Of a DNA stretch of 64,000 bases, positions 48,801 through 60,800 are shown in pieces. Each line of letters begins with the position of its first letter. The stretch's first letter is position 1. The notes below the pieces were generated by a model. It made no database searches, was not told the origin of the DNA, and saw only the letters and a program-made list of their open reading frames with translations. The DNA comes from Camelus dromedarius (lineage: Eukaryota). Position numbers and translations under genes: made by a program. The DNA lies in NCBI RefSeq assembly GCF_036321535.1, contig NC_087436.1, positions 85,128,001 through 85,192,000 on the forward strand, given 5' to 3'.

Positions 48801-51800
48801 AACATTAGTAGAGTGGGAATGAGACTATGTATTTGTTTTAGCATGTCTATGGTTTCCCAGGTCTGTCATGACTCTGATTTATAGTAACTAAATAAATACT
48901 CAACTGTCACTTTATCTCACCTCTCTTCTTCCTGCCCTCTTTATTCTAATGCTGAGTTTTCAGTATTTGCTGTTTAATCAGTAATTCCTGTGGTGAAAAT
49001 GTAATCACTGAGAGTGTCTTGAGAATAACTAAATTTCTACTGAGATATTTGTTACAGCTAGAGTAAGTCATAAATGATTTTCTCAAAAGAATGACTTACG
49101 AAAACATACTGGAAATAGTAGGTACAGACCTTTTGTGCTCTGTGGCTTGAATTGATAATGTTTCAATGGACATATTCAATTTGTTATTAATATGACCAAA
49201 AGGGTAGAAAATTAGAGAAGAATTACACATATAATTTTGATTAGAATGGGGAATAACTGAATTATGTGTTTGCTGTTTACTTAACATGTATTTATCGAAC
49301 ATCTACTATGTGTCAGGTACTATGCCAGGTGCTCTGCTGCAGTTGACAGTTTTTATGAATTTGAAGTTTTTATTTAATATGTAATGTTCTTATCTAAAGT
49401 GGGGCTTGTGGTATAAATATTCTGAAATTACTTAAAAATTACTCTTAAAATGCCCATGTCCTTAAAATTTATAACAATACGTAACAGAGTCAAATGTTCT
49501 ATAAAGGTCTCTTTCGAGAGAGAATGACGAGCAGTATCTCCCTCCCTCTGATTACTCTGCTGCTTTGTACTTTATAAAGAAAATGGATTCTACACTTAAA
49601 AAGGCAGATTCTAAAAGGGTACTGCTTTGTTTCTGAAAGCCGGGCGGTAGTAATTTGCCAGTTTCTTTGGGTAACACAGAAAATAACTTGGCTTTACTGG
49701 TTCTCTAGGGACTCTACCAGTAAGCTCAAACAGTAGGTGATTTAGCCTAATATCTAAAAATTGGTTAAGCATAAACAGTGCAATTATAGCAATATGTAAG
49801 TAAACTATTATGGGCAGAGAAAAGGACAGACTGATAACTGAATTTGGGGCGCAGTTCTTTTTAAAAAATACTTACATAGTGAAAAAAGCCAGGGAAAAAA
49901 ATTCTTTATAGGATTAAGATGAAATTGAATAGTAGAATCTAATAAATAAAACAAAAGAATGTATACAACAAAACAGAAACAAACTCACAGATACAAACTA
50001 GTGGTTACCAGTGAGGTGGGGGGGGTGGGATGAGGAGCAAAATAAGGGTATGGGATTAAGAGACACAAGCTATGTATAAAATAAATAAGCAACAAGAATA
50101 TATTATACGGGAGAAGGGTATAGGTCAGTGGTAGACTATGTTCTTAGGATGCACGAGGTCCTGGGCTCACTCCCCATTATCACCATTAAAATCAATCAAT
50201 CAATAAATCTAATTACCTCCCCCAAAAAGAAAAAAATGCCTTAAAAAAAGAATATATTGTACAGCACAGGGAAGTACAGCCATTATTTTGTAATAACTTC
50301 ATGTGGCATATAGTCTACTGAAAATACTAAATCACTATGTTGTGCACCTGAAACTAATATTGTGAATCAATTATACATCAACTTAAAAAATAAGATTAAT
50401 TTAAATAAAGGTATAATTATATGCTTTTAAACCATAGATGATTGTATTGGCTTTTCTTTTCAGTTAAGTATTTATAGAAACTATACAATCTTTAATTTAG
50501 TCATAATCAGAGCATAATTTGAAATGTGGTTACATTTTTTAAAAGCCTGCTTCTTGGATACTTTCCATGGATTTCATTCAGAATTAGGTGCTTTTTTTTT
50601 AATCTTTTTTTTTTTTTTAAATTGAAGCATAATCAATTTACAGTGCTGTGTCAATTTCTGGTGTACAGCACAATGCTTCAGTCATATGTGAATATACATA
50701 TATTCGTTTTCATATTCTTTTTCACTGTAAGCTACTATAAGATATTGAATATAGTTCCCTGTGTTGTACAGTATAAACTTGTTTATCTATTTTATATATA
50801 CCAGTTAGTATCTGCAAATCTCAAACTCCCAGTTTATCTCTTCCCACCCCCTTCTCCCCTGGTAACCATAAGTTTGTTTTCTATGTCTGTGAGTCTGTTT
50901 CTGTTTTGTAAGTAAGTTCATTTGTCTTTTTTTTTTTTTTTTAATGATTCCACATATGAGTGATATCATACGGTATTTTTCTTTCTCTTTCTGGTTTATT
51001 TTACTTAGAATGATATTCTCCAGGGCCATTCATGTTGCTGCAAATGGCATTATTTTATTATTTTTAACAGCTCATACAACTTAATAAGGAAGAAAAAACC
51101 CAATCCAAAAATGGACAGAAGAACTAAACAAGCAATTCTCCAATTAACACATACAAATGGCCAGTAGGCACATGAAAAAATGCTCAGTTATCACTAGTTA
51201 TTAGAGAAATGCAAATCAAAACTACAATGAGGTATCACCTTACACCAGTCAGAATGGCCATCATTCAAAAATCCATAAACGATAAATGCTAGAGAGGGTG
51301 TGGAGAAAAAGGAACCCTCCTACACTATTGGTGGGAATGCAGTTTGGTGTAACCATTGTGGAACACATGGATATTCCTCAAAAGATTAAAAATAGATTTA
51401 CCATAGGATCCAGCAGTCCCACTCCTGGGCATATATCCAGAGGGAACCTTAATTCAGAAAGACACCTGCACCATAATGTTCATAGCAGCACTGTTTACAA
51501 TAGCTAATACATGGAACCAACTTAAATGTCCATTGACAGATGACTGGATAAAGAAGTTGTGATATATTTATACAATGCAATACTTCTCAGAATTAGGTGC
51601 TTTTCTTCTCTGTTCCCATATTACCTTATACATATTGGCATCATGACAGTGAATTGAAGTTTTCTGCTTATTTGGATAATTATGGTAGCTGTAAGCTTTC
51701 TAAGTACAGGCACTTTATCTCTGTAGCCCCATAGGCTGGCTGATTTCTCAGAGGCACTTGGTAATTGTTTATTGAATACATGAAAGTGAGTAGACTATTG

Positions 51801-54800
51801 GATGTAGTTGTTTTAAAAATTCCTTCCAAATGGCACACTGGTGTTAGATCTTTAGTGAGGGAATGTTTAATAACATTTTCAAATAGGCATGTCTGCAGCA
51901 GATCTAGTTCGGATCCAAGTGTTTGATCAATAACATTCTTCCTCAGTGAAAACCCTCTTCACCTTCCCATTCCCTCCTGGATTTTTAAAAAGACCCTTTT
52001 ATTTTAAAACTATTTTTAGACTTACAGCAAAAGTCAAGAAGATAATATAGAGAGTTCCCATATGTCCCATAGCCTATTTCCTCTGTTGGTAACATCTTCT
52101 GAATCTTTTTAATTGTTTATGTCATCCAAAGCGTGTGGACTGGCAGGTGAATTTTGGGGCAGTGGAGATTACTGCTGATCCAACAGACTCACTTCATTCC
52201 ACACTGAGTTAATAGTGTCCTTTATTAAAACAGTTCTTTACTACTCTCCAGTTACTGTGGATACTTTCCTTCAGATCACTGACATTGCTGTATTGTATGT
52301 CACTTGATGGTTTTGAATTACAAGTGTGTTTTGAGAAAATGAAACAGTACTTGTTTAGGATCAAACATAATAAGGAAAAAAGTACATGATTTTCTGTTTT
52401 GACTTGTCGTTAATAATTAAACTGTAACAGGTGCTAAATAAAAATTTTAAAACAATGGTGTTCCTTTCTTTGTCTTTTAACATATATACCTTTTTGTCTA
52501 AAATAGAATTTTGGCTCTTGCCCAAAAGGAAAAGAAACATTAGCAGATCCCTAAATATAGACCTTAATGTTTATAATTCAGTTCTGTGGAGAAATTAAAA
52601 CTTGCCATCTTAATCAGTGGTCAGTATGACTTAAATTTTTTTTATTTTAATTTTTAAATCTGACTATAAAAGTACAAGGCTGATTCTATAGATCCTGTAA
52701 AATTTTTTTTTCTTAACTTTGTCACATCATACTTATGAAATTAATTAGGGTACATTTTAACCAATTTGTGGATGATAATCAGGAAAGGAAATCTGTGGAT
52801 TTTTTTTTCCTGGTATGGCTTTCTGTGGCACAATTATAGTGTTGTACCACCTATGCCGGAGGGGATTTTAAACATCCTTAGCCCAACCCTGCTATTTTTA
52901 TTGGAAGCATACATGAAAACCAGAGAAATTGAACTTAATTGTGCAACAGCTTAGTGAAAGCGCCAGGACATTAAGTTGAGTCTCTTTACTGGGAACTTAA
53001 AATTTGTAAAATTTTTCAGTGTAAGATTGGTTTACTCACAGTTGCTTAAATGTATTCCTGAGGAGAGAGTATATTCAATTTGTACCGTGTAATATGGGGA
53101 GGAAGACTAACCATGTTACAGCCTAACAGTCCAGAACTAAAGGTGCCACTGTTAAGATACTGGACGAGCCTTTCCTTTTCTACTGTCCTAACTTGACAAT
53201 TTTGAAATAACAGATACAGGTGTGTTGTAAGAAAGTCAGTGCAGTCTTTGGTGTAAATGCAGTATGCAGAAATAATGATTGAGACTTTTTTTTTTTTGGT
53301 AAGTTATGAAATGATTATTTACAAATAAATCTTTTTAATAAGGAAATAAATATTTGAAATAAGCAAATAAAGCTTATTTGATAGGGCCAGAATCTTTGTT
53401 CCTTATGAACTGTACTTAAGGAACACAGTTGTTTGAAAACATGTTATGTTCAGCATATACTTGACTTTTTTTTTTTAGAGGAGCTTTCCGTCCCTTTTGA
53501 GCAACTACACTCTATAGCAGTTATTTAACTGTCCTTTGGCTTCCTGAGGGAAAAAATAGCGGTAATAGTTAATAATTTCTACTAACTGGTCCCATTGACC
53601 TAATGGAGAAAAAACAGCCTATTGATTTATATCATATGACAATCAGAATTTACATTCACAAAAATGAGGGAGATAGAAGAATCGAGATAGCTGCTGTTTT
53701 CTTTCCTTTGAATTGTGCTTGGGAACTGAGTGCATGGTTTGGCAACATCAAGTATGATCAGCTTCATTAAGAGATTTGAAACACAGTGGTTAATGGAGAG
53801 TTTCACACAATAGTTAATTTGTTGCCTGGTGACTCTGGTACTTGGGGTTATCAAGTGTCAGGGGAAGCAGAGTGGTGGGAAACCAGTGCTTGTGATCATG
53901 CCCCTCTGTATACTGGCCAGTCATATTCTTTTCTCTATGACTATGAGACACCCTATAAATTTATATATGAAAATGCAAGGGTACTATAGGTCAAATCATT
54001 TACTGAAATAGTGTAAGAAATTGTCAGGAAGAATAAATAAGAGTAGGAAAGTATAACCATCTCAAAAATGAGTTTTAGTTCTCCAAATTGGTGTCTTATG
54101 TTTCTGTTAAGACTATTTTTTACATTAATATCAATGCCTATATTTTGATACTTTTTTAATAAAAGACAACTTTCTGGCCTTTGTTGTGCATGCCTTAATT
54201 TTTAGTTTATTCTTTCTGTTCTACAGGCTTTTAGACATTCAGAAAAATCACTTATTAAAATGCAGATGTGTTTTTGATGTGGTTAACTCCTAAGGCTTTA
54301 TCAAATAACTCCTTAGTCCAAAATCTTTTACTGTGCTAGTAACTGTTACACACAAAGTACAGTGTTAATGTGTCTTGATTTCAGGGATAGGAGATGAAGT
54401 TGTAAGAGAGAGGGCCCTTTTATTCACCTGTGAGGCAGTAGGACATAAAGATTAAAATTAAGTATTTTTGATGGGAAATGAATTATATGAATAATAAGTA
54501 CTTAAAGGAACTTTATCCTTTTTACTGTGGATTATGCAGTTAAAGTGAATTTTTTTTGAAGAAAATAATTTGAACTGGGCTTTGAAAGATGGAAGGTACA
54601 AACGTGTGAGAGAGGGGAAGGATTTTCCACTTTGTAGGATGGGCCTTGAGGGCTAGAGAAAAGAAAGGAGGGAGAGTGTGAGTGTATGGCTTGTACAGAG
54701 AGTGGTAAACAACCCTTTCCTACCTTCTACAGTCCCCAGTGACTCTTTGTTATTTGAGGTTTTGTTGTTGTTGTTGTTTTGCTTTTAGCAATCTTTACAA

Positions 54801-57800
54801 TGTTTAAGATACAAGCAGAATAAAAATGGAACTTCTTAATGGAACCCTTAGCCCTGTCTTCATGGCTCCTTTTCACTTCCCTTGCCCTCCCATACTTCAA
54901 CAGTCTTGAAGATAACACTTCAGTATCACCAGAATTCCACAGAGCAGTCTGAAAATGTAGAGAAACCAAGTAGACTGGACTGGATTTGACAGGAAATGTG
55001 AAGTCACTGAAGTTTGGTTGTCAGTTTGTTCTTCAGGACAGACTCTATCTTACTCACTTTTGATTCCACAGCAGTGGCACATTGTAAGCAACCTGAGGTT
55101 TGTCAAATAACTGTTGATTAAAGCAATATTTTAGCAAGGTTTATACTGTTTAACATATTACTTGCCCTTTTTTGAGAGGGGGAGAATTACCTTAAAGCAT
55201 AGCTTTTGACAGTGGGTTACAGAATAGATGGCTGGGAAAGATGAAATAAAAAAGAAAGGACACCAAAGTCAAGTCTCCTCTTCATGTAGCCTGTGCTAGT
55301 GCTGTGGTCCTTTGTGGTAGTGTACCACATTGTTAATATTGACATTAATCCTACCACCATAATTTACCAGAGGTTGCGATGTATGGTAAGGTTATGTAGT
55401 GTAGCCAAAGATTCTTCTAATCAACTTCCTCAATCCTGTTAACATTTTAAATGTTCAAATTTGATGGAACTGAACTTTATAAATAATTTATCAGCCTTTC
55501 AAGATCATACTGATCATGGATCTGATGACTGAAGTATCAAAGGTGTTGAGGTCATGTTAGCCTTCTTCCACCTTCTCACTCTTGAGTTTTGAGTTGTTTT
55601 CTATAACTTGACATTTGTCAGTTTTTACAAATAATTGAAAGTTAACCATATGCTCATCTAATGTTTTAAGAGTGATTATATACTTTTAAAATAAATGTCT
55701 CTTGAATCATTATAATTATTTAATTTTTAAAAATTTCTTTTTCAGTCTGATCTTGTGGATCAAAGTATATTTAATTTTATCCCAGAGGGGGAACATTCAG
55801 AGGTTTATAAAATACTCTCTACCCATCTACTGGAAAGTGATTCATTAACCCCTGAATATTTAAAATGTAAGTAGTAGCTGTTAAGCAGAGAGTTAAGTGT
55901 ATTTGGTTGTGTTATCCTTTACTTTTGTAATTTTGTGACAAACACAAACATGTTTAACCAAATTAACACTTAGCATCATTCCTCATACCCTATTTGATCT
56001 TTTAAAAATATTAATATATATAAAATGGAATTTTGACCATATTAAAAGTCTAAACTCTATTTCAGAATACATTGAAATCTCATCTTTTTAATTATAATAT
56101 GCCATAAAACTATATTTTACAGAAAAATGAAACTTGGTAATATTAATTTTTATACAAAATCTTACTGTAATGAGAAAAAATTAAACATTCTCATTTTCAC
56201 CATCACTAACCAATTGAATGCTGAAACTATGGGACAGAACTTCTGTATTTAAAAAAATTATTTAATAAGGGAAATTGTTTGCTTTATAAATTAAACAGAA
56301 TTAAACAGTAATTTATTGGATGTATCTAATGTGCCAGGCAATTGTGCTATATCATGAAAGTGCCAAGAGTAGTGAAAAATAGTCCCTGCCTTCAAGAAGT
56401 ATAAAATATTATGATATAATCTGACTTTTCCCCTAGATTTGTTAACTGAATTAATTTGATCAGAATACCTCATTTTCTTGAATAAATTATCCTGTGTAAA
56501 ATCTGAAATTATTACAGCTCTACATTTGGTCATTTAGTTAATAGATACCTTCTTTAACCACATTTCCATGATTTAAAATTTTTTACTTTTTGTTAATATT
56601 GACATTAATCATTTTAAAGGTTCTTTGTATTTTGAACCCTTAAATTCTGTAGCATACTAACTGTTCAAGAATTGAGATACACATACATACACACACACAT
56701 GCACACATATTTAAGTATATATGAATGTGTATCTTTGATCAGAATAGATAGCCTCTCAGAAGGAGTTGAGAAGAACTAGAGACCAAGAGAATCCATCTGA
56801 AGCCAGTTTATAATTGCTTAAAAATTAAGTTCAGATGACACTGACCAGAAGACCATGCTAGTCTCACCTAGGGGAAAGATTTGGGTTGGGTTTAATGATG
56901 TAGGGGCCAATTGTATGCCTGTAAGTAGTATTTGAACTCAAGATTTGAATGACATTGCTTGAGATAAATAGAGTAAGAAGAGAAGAATTAGAAAGGTGGA
57001 ACCCTGGGACACGGCAAGAGATGGGCGGCAGAGAAGGAGTCTGCTTTAGAGACCTTCGCGAGGGTAGCACTGGCTGGAGAGCTGCCTCTGGCGGAAAGAC
57101 AGGCCTTAGGCTTCTGTTCCCAGGATCAGAGGTGAGGATGGCAACAATACTTTTTGATAGAGAAAAGCCTTAGTTAAGTGACTAGCTGACCTCCTGCTTA
57201 AAGAACTGATATACAAAAAAAGTTATTTCCCAAGATAAAAAGGTGTTTCATGCCAAGGAGTAAACATGATTTAACACAGTGGGGAAATTGCTTGGGAAAT
57301 TCAGGATTCTGTAAATGGGTCATTTGGCCCATAATGAAGGTGAGGTGGTACAATTGCATAATTTGTGTCTAGAGAAGGAAATAGGGCCCAATATTTTGCA
57401 GTAAACATTTTGGTTTTTATTTTTTACATAATGAGGAGCCAGTGAAGGGGATTTGGGTAATTTTGTGGTCTGAAAAGAAAATCTCTCAGGTGGCAAATTT
57501 TTAAAAATGACCAGACTGGAGATTAAAAGGATAGCAGTAGGAGAAAGAGTGGAGAGGAAAGCACATATATGAGTGTTGAGTAGATAAACTCAGTGAAGCT
57601 TGGTGTAGGGCACAGGTGTCCAAGCAGCTGGGGGTCATCAGCACAGAAGGTTTTAGGAGAAGGTAGGTAGAGTTTGAACCTGTTGAGTTTGATGATAAAA
57701 CCATTCCTGGTAATGACAGAAGAGTATGAGTTTGATGCTGTGAGTGAAGAGAGGTGTTATTGGTCCTTGACTGCTGAAATAGTAATGAAAGTAATGTTAA

Positions 57801-60800
57801 TTTAAGAGTAGTAGGCAAGGTTGAATACGAATGGCATGAGTGTGGAGACATAGAGAATACATTCTTGGAGATACTAGATGCAGGGTAGTTTGCATCTGTA
57901 CTAAATTGACAGTACTGGATGCTCAGTTGGGAAAAAAATAACTCGTTAGAGCTTCCTTGGTGAAATAAATAGCAGGCACTGGTAACAGATTAGTTTGTGA
58001 GCTGGTGATAGGAAAGAAGAGACCAAATTGATATGGTTTCTAACTAAGGTGATAAGCACACATAGGACAAAGGGAAAGGACAGCTGGCTTAGGAAAGAAG
58101 AGGGATAAATTCACTCAAGTATTTTGAATTTAAGTTACTGATGGGACAATCTAGTCGAAATATCCTGAAATCATGTAGTGATACGAGGCTTGGTGTTATA
58201 TAACATGTTAGAGATGTTAGAAGTGGGGAGACAGATTTAGGGGTAAATAAGTTTATCAATGCTGATAGATTTGTAAAGGATAATAGATAATCTGTTATAG
58301 ATAATAGATGACTTTTTTGAATGCCTATGGTTTGAAGACTTAAGCAAAAGAGATAGAAATAGTCAATAAATAGGAAGGTAAGTTTCATACTATGATGTGT
58401 GAATTTTAAGAAGAGGTAGAAACAATGAGGAAACACCATTGAAGTTAACAACACAGATGTTACTGATTTTTAGAAGAGCAACTTCTACAGAGGTGTGAGG
58501 GTGAAAGCCACAGTGCATAAAGTTAAGGGAAATGAATACCTGGAAATCAGAGCACATAATGAAAAAGGTAGATCTGTGTTACTAAAGAGAGTAGCATGAA
58601 CAACCCTTTATATGTTTGAGTTGGAAAGACCTGAACAAATTTAAAAGTAGAAAGTAAGGACCCAAAGAAGAGTGAGTCTGGATGCTAAAGGAATGAAAAA
58701 AAGTGGTGTGACCCTGGTCCTAGAAAAAGGAGATAGACAAGACTTGTAGAGATAGTAGTATTAGCTTTAGAATAGGAAACAAACCTTTCTTTGAAATTAC
58801 AGTGAAGAATGAGAAGGAAGGACAGGTAAAAATGGGGAAACATGGAGTTATTTATATCAGAAAATCTGTTTTCTTTATTACGGACAATGTGAGATCATCT
58901 CCCTAAAGGAACACTGCTTTTATGGACTAACTGTCATTGAGGACCTCTGTTGAAGAAAAAAATGATTATAAATTTATACAGCTGTTATAATCTTTATTTC
59001 ATGTGATATATCATTCATTGTGATATATCATTCATTGTGATAAATCACAAATATGTCATATTTTCCCTCTATTTCAGCAAAAAATCAGTTAGAATTTTGT
59101 TGTCATATGCTTCGAGGAACAATAGACCCCAAGGAGCCGTCTACTTATGAGTATGTGAAATTTATAGGAAATTTCAAATCTTTAAACAGTGGTGAGTTAA
59201 AATACTTCTATAACTGGGTATTCTTTTAAGCTTTTAAAGACATACATGTTTGAATGTCAGTAAAAACTAGATTTTACTGAAGTAACTGATGATACTTATT
59301 TGTCTATTGTTTTAGTATCCACTTCAGCACACAATGGTTTTGAAGGAACGATACAACGCACACATAGGCCTTCTTATGAAGATAGAGTTTGTTTTGTAGC
59401 TACTGTCAGATTAGCTACACCTCAGTTCATCAAGGTATGTTCCTAATTTATTCCCAAAGGGGATTTCACTTTATATTATGGGAGCTATCTGTATGTAATT
59501 TTTTGTTTCCAGAATAACTGAAACTTCTTGCAGACATTGACGTAGTAATGGCCTTGAGTCATTAAATATATATGATCATGATATTATTGAAGGAAATAAT
59601 GAGTTATCAAGGCACTCATTAAATTATATAACTAATTTTAAAATTTATACCCTTTAGAGTTAATCACTGGTTATATACCACTTGTCCTGTTTTTATGCAG
59701 AATTTTAGGATGCTTTTTTTGTATAATTTACAACTACATTAAAGGGGAAAGGCCAAAAATCTAGGTAATTTTAAAGCTTGGCTATGAAATTTTCTTTTGA
59801 AATACACAAGTGACTTTTTACTGCATTTGAATTTACCTTTTCAATTTTAAAATCCAGTTAATAATTTATTTCTGTATCATAGGACCAGGAAGCAGATGAT
59901 TAGTAGGGAAGTGGGAAAATGAACGACTTCAGTCACTGGAAAGTGGCTGGAAATAAGCCAAGATAAGATTTTAAATTAAGGGAGATACAATATTATGGAC
60001 TAAGTACTGAACTAGCAGTGAGAAGATCTTAAACCAGTCTCACTCTGCTTGTTTTGATCTTAGGAAATGATGGCAGTGGCTAACATATTTATTGAGTGCT
60101 TACCACATGCTGTATACTTTACATGCATTATCTCAGGTAATTCTTAGAGATGCTAGTATGATCACCATTATACATATAAGGAAACTGAGGCTTAAGGAAG
60201 TTAAATTCCTTGCCCAAAGTCACAACTATTAAGTAGTAGGACTAAGATTGATTGTAATTCTTTTTCTCTCAAAACCAGGCTCTTAATGACTACATTGTGC
60301 TACAAAAGGTCTTTCAAGGACATAGAGGCAGGTTGGAATACACTGTTGAGTATGGCTGAAGTCTAGGGTTACTGCATGTGGAGGGGAATAGGGATGGTAT
60401 GAGATGAGGTTAGAAAAGTAAGCCAAGGCCAGAAATGAAATGTATTTCTTTCTTTGTTGTTTGTTTATCCTCGCTGAAGAGTTTAGATTTTATCCTAAGC
60501 GAATGAGGAACCATTAAGGTTTTTAAGCAGGGAAGTTATATAATTATATTTGAGTATTTGTAAAGTGATTGTGGCCAGACTAGAAGATGACTTGAAAGAC
60601 AGGGAGACTTGTTCAGGAGACACTTTGGCAATAATGTGAGCCAGTGATGGCAACAGTTCAGAGTCTAAACTAAGAGCCTGAAGATGGATGGGATGGAATA
60701 GATTTTTTTAAAAACTTAGAAGGTGAAATTGAAAGGATTTAGTCTATGGCCGTACCACCATGAACGTGCCCGCTCTCATCTGAAAGGATTTAGTAGTGAT

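Noticed and set aside
57001..57100. Local cluster of about five CpGs and the 74-aa ORF 56949..57173
   Set aside because: Far too short for a CpG island; the peptide has no recognisable homology or splice context.
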